From Longimicrobiales bacterium (GTDB lineage Bacteria; Gemmatimonadota; Gemmatimonadetes; Longimicrobiales; Gaopeijiaceae), in the NCBI GenBank assembly GCA_965116905.1, contig OZ220732.1, positions 160,001-224,000 on the forward strand: a DNA stretch of 64,000 nt, written 5' to 3'. How positions within the stretch are numbered: position 1 is the stretch's first letter; the number at the start of each line of letters is the position of its first letter. Positions 9,955-19,197 of the stretch are shown here, in pieces. The translations under genes were made by a program, and so were the position numbers. The notes under the pieces are model-generated. The model had not been told where the DNA came from, did not search any database, and saw only the letters and a program-made list of their open reading frames with translations.

Positions 9955-11195
9955 CCGGCCCGCCCCGGCCCGGTCTGGATCGCCGCCGGTGGCTCAGGCT
10001 CGCCGGGGGAGCGCTGGCCGGCGGCTGGGCGGCCGGGTGCTCGACCGGGGGGACGGCGCGCTGGACGTGGGCCGCGCCGGCTCGCGCCCGCGTAACGCCG
10101 GCGCTGGTCTCGCCGGACCGGGTCATCCGCGTCGTCGCGGGGCTGCGGCCCTACCGCCCCGAGGGCTTCGTGGTGCGCGCCGAGTCGTTCGGGGACAAGG
10201 TTCTCGTACACAACTACGGCCACGGCGGCGGTGGCGTGAGCCTGTCCTGGGGAACCGCCGAGATGGCGGCGGACCTTGTGGATGGCAGCGCGCGGGGCGA
10301 CGGTGGCGCGGGCGGGGCGGGCGAGGCGGCCGTCATCGGAGCCGGCGCGGTAGGGCTCGCGACGGCCCGCCTGCTGCAGCGGCGCGGCCGCGCGGTGACC
10401 ATCTACGCGCGCGATCTGCCGCCGAACACCACCTCGAACATCGCGGGCGCGCAGTGGTCGCCGACATCGGTCTCGGACAGCCTGGACGGACCGTTCGGCA
10501 GCCGTTTCGAACGGGCGTCGCGACTGGCGCACCGCCATTTCCAGAATCTCGTGGGCCCCGACTACGGCGTCCGCTGGGTCGACAACTACTTCCTTTCCGA
10601 CCGTCCGATGCGTGTCGCGAACTACCAGTCCCGCATCCGCGACCTCTATCCGGAGTGGGAGGACCTGGAGGGCGACGAGCATCCCTTCCCCACGCGGTAC
10701 GCACGCCGCGTCGCCACGATGTTCATCGAGCCGCCGCGGTATCTGCGAGCGCTCCTGCGCGACTTTCGCATCGCCGGCGGGCGCGTCGTCGTGGGCGAGA
10801 TCGCGGACCTGCGCCAGTTGGCTGCGCTTCCCGAGTCCGTCGTGGTGAACTGTACCGGCCTCGGCGCAAAGGCGCTCTTCGGCGACCGGTCGATGGTTCC
10901 CGTCAAGGGACAGCTCGTGGTGTTGCGGCCCCAGCCGGACGTCGACTACCTGACGGTCGGAGGCGGCCGGTTTTCCACGGAGGGGAGCCAGTACATGTTC
11001 CCCCGCGATGACGGCATTCTGCTTGGAGGCACGTTCGAACGCGGGGTCGAGAGTCTGGAGCCGGACCCGGTACAGACCGAGCGCATCGTGCGCAACCACC
11101 GTATGTTCTTCCGGGCAATGGAGGACAAGAGGAGAGGGACAGGAGGAGAGGGACGAGAGGAGAGCGGTGAACCTTTGACGCCCCGCCAATCGTAG
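9918..11195 (+). CDS. FAD-dependent oxidoreductase, D-amino-acid oxidase family (permuted), Tat-like/lipoprotein signal
   Basis: RRRWL..AAGC signal; GLRPYR and HNYGHGGGGVSLSWGTA precede VIGAGAVG; VVNCTGLGA, PVKGQL, YMFPR..LGGTF. Start uncertain (9891/9918). Confidence 0.82.
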   Translation: MHRDHDGVGDRVAGPPRPGLDRRRWLRLAGGALAGGWAAGCSTGGTARWTWAAPARARVTPALVSPDRVIRVVAGLRPYRPEGFVVRAESFGDKVLVHNYGHGGGGVSLSWGTAEMAADLVDGSARGDGGAGGAGEAAVIGAGAVGLATARLLQRRGRAVTIYARDLPPNTTSNIAGAQWSPTSVSDSLDGPFGSRFERASRLAHRHFQNLVGPDYGVRWVDNYFLSDRPMRVANYQSRIRDLYPEWEDLEGDEHPFPTRYARRVATMFIEPPRYLRALLRDFRIAGGRVVVGEIADLRQLAALPESVVVNCTGLGAKALFGDRSMVPVKGQLVVLRPQPDVDYLTVGGGRFSTEGSQYMFPRDDGILLGGTFERGVESLEPDPVQTERIVRNHRMFFRAMEDKRRGTGGEGREESGEPLTPRQS

Positions 11196-11339
11196 AGTCG
11201 CTTGTTCCGCATGAGTGAACTGCCGACATCCGGCCGGAAGGAACCGAACCGAAGGGACGAAGGCCATGGTCCAGATCCTCAAGACGATCGCGCGCGCCAT
11301 CCTGAGCTGGCTTCTGAAGAAGATCTGACCGGGAGCCGC

Positions 11340-12512
11340 ATGCGTTCGGCCAGCGATGTCCGTGCGCCCCGGCGCTCCCTGACCGGAGCCTGCACCGCTG
11401 CGGCGCTCCAGTTCGCCATCGCCCTGCCCGCCACCGGCGCCCAGTTCCCGCAGGCCGTCAACGGCGAAGACCTCGCCGACGCGTCCGGCGATGCCATCTA
11501 CGCCGCCTCATGCGCCAACTGCCACGGCCTCGACGGGACCGGCCTCCCTCCCTCCCTGCTCGCCTTTGAAGAGGAGATCCCCGACTTCACCGACTGCGAC
11601 TTCGCCGCCCGCGAACCGGACGCGGACTGGATTGCGGTGGCTCACGAGGGCGGCCCGGTCCGCGGCTTCAGCGAAATGATGCCCGCCTTCCGCGGCGCGC
11701 TGACCGAGGAGCAACTGGCCCGCGTGATGGGCTACATTCGCACGCTCTGCACCGACGACAACTGGCCGCGCGGCGAACTCAACCTGCCTCGTCCCCTGCT
11801 GACCGAGAAGGCGTACCCGGAGGACGAATGGGTGGTCGAAATGGATCTGGATCTCGAGAGCGAGGGCGACGCCTCGGCAGCGTACGTGTACGAGCACCGG
11901 TTCGGGCCGCGCAGCCAGGTGGAACTCGTGATCCCCTATGGATGGCGGGGAGTTGGGGCCGCTGACGGGATGCGCCACGGTCTCGGTGACGTCGTGGTTG
12001 GGGTCAAGCACGCCCTCTATCACGACCTGGAGGTGGGTACGATCTTCTCGGTGGGCGGCGAGGCCATACTCTCGACCGGCGACGAGAGCATCGGCCTGGG
12101 TGCTCCCGGCAGCGCGCTGGAAGCCTTCGCCTCGCTGGGGCAGATCCTGCCCGGCGACGCCTTCCTTCAGGCGCAGGCCGGCTACAAGGCGCCCCTGTAC
12201 GCGAACGGCGCGAACGAGGGGTTCGGGCGGGTCGTGCTGGGACGGAGCTTCACACAGGGGAAGTGGGGGCGCGCGTGGACACCCATGCTGGAGGTGCAGG
12301 TCAAGCACGACTTCGAGGCGGGCGAGGAGCCGCAGTTCGATCTCCTGCCCCAGGCGCAGATCTCCCTGAACACGAGGCAGCACGTCCTGGCCAACGTCGG
12401 GGTGCTGCTGCCGGTCGGAAGCGATCACAGGCACGGCCACGCGCGACCCGTCCGCCTGGTCACCTACATCCTGCTCGACTGGTTCGACGGCGGGTTCTTC
12501 GAGGGCTGGTGA
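11340..12512 (+). CDS. Monoheme cytochrome c fused to a putative beta-barrel domain
   Basis: Signal peptide, CANCH and MPAF axial Met, then alternating beta-strand pattern (GLGDVVVGVKH, QVELVIP) ending FFEGW; GGGAG before ATG 11340. Confidence 0.7.
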   Translation: MRSASDVRAPRRSLTGACTAAALQFAIALPATGAQFPQAVNGEDLADASGDAIYAASCANCHGLDGTGLPPSLLAFEEEIPDFTDCDFAAREPDADWIAVAHEGGPVRGFSEMMPAFRGALTEEQLARVMGYIRTLCTDDNWPRGELNLPRPLLTEKAYPEDEWVVEMDLDLESEGDASAAYVYEHRFGPRSQVELVIPYGWRGVGAADGMRHGLGDVVVGVKHALYHDLEVGTIFSVGGEAILSTGDESIGLGAPGSALEAFASLGQILPGDAFLQAQAGYKAPLYANGANEGFGRVVLGRSFTQGKWGRAWTPMLEVQVKHDFEAGEEPQFDLLPQAQISLNTRQHVLANVGVLLPVGSDHRHGHARPVRLVTYILLDWFDGGFFEGW

Positions 12513-14293
12513 CGATGCGAACACCACGGCGCCCACTGGCGAAGGCAGCTTATACGGTTTCCTGCATCGTGTGCCTGACCGCCGGCAGCCTTGCGATGGC
12601 CGGCACGGCCGGTCCGGTCGCCCCGGTCGGCACGGGCGGCACGGGCGGCGGCGTGCCCCAACCCGGCCGCTCCGTGCTCCATGCGCCGGACACGATCACC
12701 GTGGCCGATCCCGCCGGCCACTTCCGCACCGCCGACCGGTGCATCGCCTGCCACAAGGACGTCACGGCCGCGGACGGCACCGACGTTTCCATCGGTTTCG
12801 ACTGGCGCGCCTCCATGATGGCCAACGCCGCGCGCGACCCCTACTTCCAGGCGGCGGTTCGGCGCGAGATCATGGACTACCCCGAGGCCGCAGCCGAGAT
12901 CGAGGGGGAGTGCGCGCGCTGCCACATGCCCATGGCGACCGTCGCGGCGCAGTGGGAAGGGCGCTCCGGCCAGGTCTTCGCCAACCTGCCCATCGGCGGC
13001 GCGGAGGGACCCTACGCCGACCTCGCCGCCGACGGCGTCTCCTGTTCCCTCTGCCACCAGATCCAGCCGGACGGCCTCGGCACGGAGGAGAGCTTCACCG
13101 CCCGCTTCCACGTTTCAGCTGAAACGCCTCCCGAGGGCCGCCCCGTGTTCGGCCCCTTCGAGCCCGACGAGGGCGGGGTCGGCATCATGCACTCCGCGAC
13201 GGCCTTCCGGCCCACGCTCGGCGAGCATGTGACGTCGTCGGGGCTTTGCGCGTCGTGCCACACGGTGATCACGCACCCTGTGGCGCCTGGTGGCTCCGGT
13301 GGCGGCGACGCCCGTCCCGGTGGCCCCGCCGCACCCCCCTTCCCCGAGCAGTCTCCCTACCTGGAATGGCAGGCGAGCATCTACGCCGAAGGCCGCGAGC
13401 GCGAGCACAGCTGCCAGGACTGCCACATGCCCGTAGTCGGCGAGGACGTGCCCGTCACCCGTGTCCTGGGCCGCGCCCGCCCCGAAGTCTCCCGGCACGT
13501 GTTCCGCGGCGGCAACTTCTTCATGCTGCACATGCTCAACCGCTACCGGGCCGAACTCGGCGTCACCGCGCTGCCTCAGGAAATGGAACTTGCGGCCCAG
13601 CGCACGGCCGACCACCTCCGCACCGCCACCGCCACGGTCGAGCTCAGCGGGGTGGGCGTCGGCGGGGCACGGCTGGAGGCCACCGTGACCGTGCGCAACC
13701 TGGCCGGCCACAAGTTCCCGACCGCCTATCCTTCGCGGCGCGCGTGGGTGCGGTTCGCGGTCACGACCGAGTGGGGCGAGCGCGTCTTCGAATCGGGCGC
13801 CTTTTCCCCCGACGGCCGCGTCATCGGCGACGACCACGACGCCGACGGCTCGCGCTACGAGCCGCACTACACCGTCATCACGTCGCCCGACGAAGTGCAG
13901 GTCTACCAGGGCGTCATGGCCGACGGCGACGGCGGGGTGACCACCGGACTCATGTCCGCGCACACCTGGGTGAAGGACAACCGCATCCTCCCCGACGGCT
14001 TCGACCCCGCCCGCGCCGACCCCCGCGTGCGCGTCATCGGCCTCGCCGACGGCGACCCGGACTTCACCGCGGGCTCCGACAGGATCCACTACACGGTCCC
14101 CGTCGACCCGGCCGACGGCCCGTTCACAGTCGAGGCCGAACTCTGGTTCCAGCCGATCGGCTACCGCTGGGCGGAGAACCTGGCCGGCTACGACGCCATG
14201 GAAACGCGCCGGTTCATGCGGTACTACCGGGAGATGGCCGAGGGGTCGGCGCTGCTGCTGGCGCGGGACGAGGCGGTGAGCGACGCGAACTGA
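12509..14293 (+). CDS. Multiheme (five CxxCH) cytochrome c
   Basis: CIACH, CARCH, CSLCH, CASCH, CQDCH; GHKFPT and DNRI motifs; GTGA overlap with upstream gene (alternative ATG 12515). Confidence 0.88.
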   Translation: MTMRTPRRPLAKAAYTVSCIVCLTAGSLAMAGTAGPVAPVGTGGTGGGVPQPGRSVLHAPDTITVADPAGHFRTADRCIACHKDVTAADGTDVSIGFDWRASMMANAARDPYFQAAVRREIMDYPEAAAEIEGECARCHMPMATVAAQWEGRSGQVFANLPIGGAEGPYADLAADGVSCSLCHQIQPDGLGTEESFTARFHVSAETPPEGRPVFGPFEPDEGGVGIMHSATAFRPTLGEHVTSSGLCASCHTVITHPVAPGGSGGGDARPGGPAAPPFPEQSPYLEWQASIYAEGREREHSCQDCHMPVVGEDVPVTRVLGRARPEVSRHVFRGGNFFMLHMLNRYRAELGVTALPQEMELAAQRTADHLRTATATVELSGVGVGGARLEATVTVRNLAGHKFPTAYPSRRAWVRFAVTTEWGERVFESGAFSPDGRVIGDDHDADGSRYEPHYTVITSPDEVQVYQGVMADGDGGVTTGLMSAHTWVKDNRILPDGFDPARADPRVRVIGLADGDPDFTAGSDRIHYTVPVDPADGPFTVEAELWFQPIGYRWAENLAGYDAMETRRFMRYYREMAEGSALLLARDEAVSDAN

Positions 14294-14303
14294 GGGCGAC
14301 GCA

Positions 14304-14377
14304 ATGTATGCCCCGTGGTGTCCGGCTCTTAGTTCAGTTTATGATCTAAGCTGGACTAACGCTCACACGGCGAACAT
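14304..14377. other. AT-rich long imperfect hairpin between convergent genes (terminator or mobile-element scar)
   Basis: TTAGTTCAGTTTA (14329-14341) / TAAGCTGGACTAA (14347-14359) pair fully with two G-U; outer CCGTG/CACGG and ATGT/ACAT arms. Confidence 0.5.
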
Positions 14378-14395
14378 AACGGGGGAAACGCACCG

Positions 14396-16465
14396 CTACC
14401 CCTCCAGCTCCGCCCTCCCCCTGAACTGCTCCAGCGCCTCCGGGTTGGCCAGCGCCTCGACATTGCGGAACGGTTCACCATGCACGACGGCCGCTACGGC
14501 CAGCTCGACGATCTTGCCGCTCCGCGTCCGCGGAATGTCGTCGACCTGGACGATCTTCGCGGGAACGTGCCGCGGGCTTGCCTGGGCTCGCAACGTCGCG
14601 CGAATCCGCCCGCTGAGCGCCTCGTCCAGCCGCAGTTCCGGCGCCAGCCGGACGAAAAGCACCATGCGCGTGCCCTCACCCCGGCGCTGGGCCACGGCAA
14701 GCGCCTCCGCGACCTCGTCCAGGCCCTCGACCGGCCGATAGACCTCGGCCGTGCCGATCCGCACCCCGTGCACGTTCAGCGTCGCGTCGGAGCGGCCATG
14801 GATGACGTACCCGCCGGCGGGCGTCTTTTCCACGTAGTCGCCGTGGTGCCAGACCCCGGGGAACCGCTCGAAGTACGTGCTCAGGTAGCGGCTCCCGTCG
14901 TCGTCGTTCAGGAACCCCAGCGGCAGCGACGGAAAGGGCCGTGTGCAGACGAGTTCGCCCTTTCCTTCATCCATCGAAGAACCGCCGGGCGAGAACACGT
15001 CGACGGCCATCCCCAGCGCCGGCCCCTGGATTTCGCCCGCGTGGACGGGCCAGCCGGGGATCGCGCCCAGGAAGCACGCGCACAGGTCGGTGCCGCCCGA
15101 AATCGACACGAGGTGGACGTCGCGTTTGACGTGCTCGTATACGTATTCGAACCCCGCGGCGGCCAGCGGCGAGCCGGTCGACAGAAAGGTCCGCAGCGAC
15201 GACAGTCCGTGCGTCCGGCGCGGGCTGACGCCCGCCTTGCGGAGCGCCTCCAGGTAGCCCGGCGAGACGCCCATCAGGGTCATGCCGGTGCCGTCGGCGA
15301 AGTCGAAGAGCGCCTCGTTCCCCGGATGCGCGGGGGAACCGTCCCACAGCAGGATCGTCGCCTCGGATGCGAGCGCCGAGACCAGCCAGTTCCACATCAT
15401 CCAGCCGAGCGTGGTGAAGTAGAAGACGCGGTCGCCGGCCTGGATGTCACAGTGGAGCCGATGCTCCTTCAGGTGCTGCAACAGCACGCCGCCCGCCCGG
15501 TGCACGATGCACTTGGGCACTCCCGTGGTTCCGGAGGAGAAGAGGATGTAGATCGGGTGATCGAAGGGAAGCCTCGCGAAGTCGATGTCGCGGGCCTCGA
15601 AGGGACGGATGAAGGTGGCGAACGGGATCGCGTCGGGGAGGATGGGCGCGTGGCCGGCGAGCGGCGCGCCCGCCTTCGGCACCACCACCGTGCGCTCTAC
15701 GGTGGGCAGCCCCTCCAGGATCTCCGGAACGCGCGACAGCGTCTCGTATTGCCTGCCGCGGTAGCTGTACCCGTCCGTCACGAAGAGGAGGCGGGGGCCT
15801 ACCTGGCCGAAGCGGTCGATCACGCCGCGCGCGCCGAAGTCGGGTGACGCGGTGGACAGGACCGCGCCGATCGAGGCGGCCGCGAGAAGGACCACGACGG
15901 CCTCGGGCACGTTGGGAAGCAGCGCGGCAACCCGGTCGCCGGGGCCGACACCCGCCTCGCGCATGGCCTGGGCAAGGCGCGACGTGAGGTCGTGCAGCTC
16001 CCGCCAGCTCACCACCCGGCGCCGGCCGTCCTCGGCCCAGGCGATGATGGCGGGGTCGTCCGTGCGGCGGCGCAGGAGGTTCTCGGCGAAGTTCAGCCGC
16101 GCGTCCGGGAAGTAGCGGGCCCCCGGCATTCGGTCGCCGTCGAAGAGTACGCGGCCGCCGCGCTCGCCAACGATGCCGAACCAGTCCCAGGCCGCGCTCC
16201 AGAACGCCTCCTGGTCCTCGATCGACCAGCGCCAGAGGGCGTGGTAGGGGGCGGTGGGGGCGTGGGGGTGGGGGTGGTCGGGGAAGGGGGAGGGGAGGTC
16301 GTGCGGCGCGCCGTCGAGGGCGGGGCCGGTCAGCGCGGCAAACAGGGCTTCCGCGCCGCTTGCAGCACCGTCACCGCGCTCTGCCAGGGAGGCCGCGAAG
16401 CCCGCGAGGTTGCTCGCGCGGGTGCGTTCCCGTGAGGGGGTCCAGAGCGGCGGCTTCACGGTCAC
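14396..16465 (-). CDS. Acetoacetate--CoA ligase
   Basis: LNFAENLL, ILFSSGTTGVPKCIVH, TTLGWMMWNW, SISGGTD, GRSDATL, PRTRSGK, ALANPEAL; GTG start overlapping upstream stop. Confidence 0.93.
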   Translation of the reverse strand: MTVKPPLWTPSRERTRASNLAGFAASLAERGDGAASGAEALFAALTGPALDGAPHDLPSPFPDHPHPHAPTAPYHALWRWSIEDQEAFWSAAWDWFGIVGERGGRVLFDGDRMPGARYFPDARLNFAENLLRRRTDDPAIIAWAEDGRRRVVSWRELHDLTSRLAQAMREAGVGPGDRVAALLPNVPEAVVVLLAAASIGAVLSTASPDFGARGVIDRFGQVGPRLLFVTDGYSYRGRQYETLSRVPEILEGLPTVERTVVVPKAGAPLAGHAPILPDAIPFATFIRPFEARDIDFARLPFDHPIYILFSSGTTGVPKCIVHRAGGVLLQHLKEHRLHCDIQAGDRVFYFTTLGWMMWNWLVSALASEATILLWDGSPAHPGNEALFDFADGTGMTLMGVSPGYLEALRKAGVSPRRTHGLSSLRTFLSTGSPLAAAGFEYVYEHVKRDVHLVSISGGTDLCACFLGAIPGWPVHAGEIQGPALGMAVDVFSPGGSSMDEGKGELVCTRPFPSLPLGFLNDDDGSRYLSTYFERFPGVWHHGDYVEKTPAGGYVIHGRSDATLNVHGVRIGTAEVYRPVEGLDEVAEALAVAQRRGEGTRMVLFVRLAPELRLDEALSGRIRATLRAQASPRHVPAKIVQVDDIPRTRSGKIVELAVAAVVHGEPFRNVEALANPEALEQFRGRAELEG

Positions 16466-17072
16466 GGCTGCGGAGCGGGCGCGGGTCTCGCACGTGCCAG
16501 CGTCAGGATCGCGAGGAAGGCACAAAGGGTCGATGCAATGGCTGCCGTGGCGAGCGTCCCCGTGTGAAAGACGCTGAGCGCCGTGCCGGCCGCGCCCCCC
16601 AGGAGGAACTGCAAGCTCCCCGCAACCCCCGACGCGGTCGCACGGATTCCGGGGAAATACTCCAGGTAGCAGGGGGCCGCGTTGCCCGTGATCATGCCCA
16701 GCACATCCCCTGCAGCGTCCTGAGTACGATGAACAGCTCGAAGGAGTCGGAGAAGAGGATGCCGGCCGTGCCAATGGCAAAAATTGCCATACCGGTCAGG
16801 GCCGTGGCCCTCCGGCCATGCCGGTCGGCAACGGGAGCACCCGCGAACTGCCCCAGGCCCAGCCCCAGCAGAAACACGCCCAGGGAAACCTGGATGCGCG
16901 GGACATCGACGCCGAAGACCAGCGCGATTTCCGGAAGGGCGGGCAGGTACAGATTGATGGCCAGCGGCACCACCATGGTCAACATGGCGAGAGCGACAAA
17001 CAGTTTGCGCGTTCCTGGGCCGAAAATGGCCACGCGGCCCTGCGCCGCCTCGCTCAAGACACGCTCCGGCAC
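16462..17072 (-). pseudogene. Bcr/CflA-type MFS efflux transporter, internally deleted and frameshifted
   Basis: N-part (PLAINLYLPALP, GAPVADRHGRR, LRTLQG) jumps out of frame near 16700 to a C-terminal fragment (GNA..FP..ATASGVAGSLQF); about 200 aa total versus about 400 expected. Confidence 0.8.
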
Positions 17073-17126
17073 ACCCGGCAGGTGGGCACTATGCGCAGGC
17101 CCGGCCCCTGTCCGTGCTCGCCGCCC

Positions 17127-18764
17127 TCACCCGCCCGATACCGACGCGCGTTCCCTCTTCTGCTCCTCCACCATGCGCGCCACGTCCTCGAGAAGCTGTC
17201 TGGCGTCGTAGATGATCCCGTCCTTGATCGTGTACCTGATCCCGCCGATGCGCTCCTTGACGCCCGTTTCGGGGTTGAGGCGCTCGTGGCCCGTGCCATA
17301 CAGAACCTTGAGGTTGTCGATCGGGTTTTCGGGCGAGATCACGAGGTCGGCCAGCAGGCCTTCGCGCACAATCCCGAATTCGGGCATCATGCCCTTGGGG
17401 TCAAAGATGGCCTGGGCGCCGTGCATGGTGGCGCCGCGAATGACCTCAAGCGGATGGAATCCGGCCTCCTGAAGAAGTTCCATCTCCTCGATCGTCGAGA
17501 AGCCGAACAGGTTGTAGATGAAGCCGGCGTCCGAGCCGATGGTGACGCGGCCACCCATGTCCTTGTAGTCGTCGAGCAGCGCCATCCAGATGTTGTAGAA
17601 GTTCTTCCACCGGATCTCGTCGTGGGTGGTCCAGTCGTAGTAGTACGAACCGTGGTTCGCGCGGCTGGGCTCGTAGAAGTCCCACAGGCTGGGCAGCGTA
17701 TAGCGCTCGTGCCACTCGGCGGTGCGGGCGCGCATCACGTCGCGGCTGGCCAGGTAGGCGGTCATGGTGGGGTCGAGGATCACGTCGTACGAAAGAAGCT
17801 CCTCGAGCATCGCGTTCCACTCGTCGCTTCCCTGCGGGTGGATCAGATCCCACTGAGCCGCCACCTGCCCGAAGCGATGCTGCTCGTTGGCGTAGTTCAT
17901 GTCGGACGGCCAGGGCTGGACATCGTGGTCGTCGTAGAGCGCCTCGAAGAGCCCGTAGAAGTGCGTGACGGTGCCGAGGCCGAGGCGTGCGGCGTCGATG
18001 GCGTTCATCTGCGCGACGCCGAGCTGGGCGAGGTGGGCCACGCTGCCCATCCCGAGCTGGTTGGCCTCGTCGAGGAGCGCCTCCATGATCTCGGGCGCAT
18101 AGGCCACGAACTTGATCCCGTCGATGCCCTGGTCGTGCGCCCAGCGGACCCAGTCGCGGGCCTGTTCCGGTGTGAATACGGGGCCCCGGTCCCAGCCCTG
18201 TCCCGGACGCTGGTAGACGAACATGCGCGGCGCGGTGATCTCGTTGTTGTTGGCGCGTTCGCGCTCGGAGAGCGAGAAGTCGACCGGGCCGTACTCGATG
18301 CCGCGGCCGGCGGTGACCCCGTGCGCCAACCAGAGCTTGTAGACGTACTCGGCCTGCGGCGTCTTGGGCAGGCCGCCGGTGTGCAGATGCATGTCGACGA
18401 AGCCGGGCAGCACGTACATGCCGTGCGCGTCGATCTCGTGGTCGCCGGCGGCGGGACGGCGCGACTCGTCGATGGGGAGGCCTGGGTAGCCGACGCCCGC
18501 GATCTGCGTGATGCGGTTGCCCTCGATGACGATATCGACCGGGCCTCGGGGTGGCGCACCGGTGCCGTCGATGACGATCGCGCCGCGAATGACGAGGCGG
18601 TCGAAGGGGCCGTCGCCCTCGGCGCGGTCCGGTGCCGGCTCGACGAACTGGGCGGCGGCGGTGGCCGGGAGGAGGGCGATCGCGCCCGCGAGGGCCAGCG
18701 GGGCGGCGAGGGCGAGGGAGGCGGCGAAGGCGCCGAGAACGGCTATCGGGCGGCGGAGAATCAT
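17127..18764 (-). CDS. Secreted amidohydrolase family protein
   Basis: Signal peptide; VIDGTG, VLPGFVDMHLH, IGSDAG, G..ADLV...NP. Confidence 0.88.
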   Translation of the reverse strand: MILRRPIAVLGAFAASLALAAPLALAGAIALLPATAAAQFVEPAPDRAEGDGPFDRLVIRGAIVIDGTGAPPRGPVDIVIEGNRITQIAGVGYPGLPIDESRRPAAGDHEIDAHGMYVLPGFVDMHLHTGGLPKTPQAEYVYKLWLAHGVTAGRGIEYGPVDFSLSERERANNNEITAPRMFVYQRPGQGWDRGPVFTPEQARDWVRWAHDQGIDGIKFVAYAPEIMEALLDEANQLGMGSVAHLAQLGVAQMNAIDAARLGLGTVTHFYGLFEALYDDHDVQPWPSDMNYANEQHRFGQVAAQWDLIHPQGSDEWNAMLEELLSYDVILDPTMTAYLASRDVMRARTAEWHERYTLPSLWDFYEPSRANHGSYYYDWTTHDEIRWKNFYNIWMALLDDYKDMGGRVTIGSDAGFIYNLFGFSTIEEMELLQEAGFHPLEVIRGATMHGAQAIFDPKGMMPEFGIVREGLLADLVISPENPIDNLKVLYGTGHERLNPETGVKERIGGIRYTIKDGIIYDARQLLEDVARMVEEQKRERASVSGG

Positions 18765-18967
18765 GGCACGGACTCGTTCAGATGGCGTTCGGTGATGCGA
18801 CGACAACAAGCTGGGCCGGCCCCGGCGGCTGCGCCAGCAGTCCGTGGATAAAGCCGCCCGAGCACCGAGAGCGGCGAGGCGCCGGGTCGGCAAGGCGCGA
18901 CGAAGGGCCAGTAGCAGCGCTACGGGCCCGAGGAGCAACGCAGAGCGCGGCCCCGACAAGCCAATAT

Positions 18968-18999
18968 GTATAGTAAACATGACATTATGTACACTATAC
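18968..18999. promoter_or_regulatory. AT-rich imperfect inverted repeat in a divergent intergenic region (operator/promoter candidate)
   Basis: GTATAGTAAACAT-GACATT-ATGTACACTATAC (11/13 complementary); TATACT at 18995-19000. Confidence 0.5.
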
Positions 19000-19197
19000 T
19001 TTACAGTGTGGGGTGGTGAGGCCGAGCGTCCGGCCCGGATGCATCGCCGTTCGAATACCGGGGGGATTTTGTCCACGGGCTGCCAGCACACGGCACCGTG
19101 CAGAGGGCGCCAGGGAACCATATATTGCCGTTTGGAGTACTGTGCGTCAGTGGGGTCGCTCCGCCCCGCCCGGATCCTCCCGATGTGAGTCCGCCCG

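Noticed and set aside
14329..14380. Integron attC site
   Set aside because: No clear RYYYAAC...GTTRRRY pair enclosing the hairpin, flanking genes are convergent, and no integrase is present; kept only as an unexplained hairpin
16692..16710. Programmed frameshift in the MFS gene
   Set aside because: No slippery site, and about half of the protein is missing, so a deletion explains it
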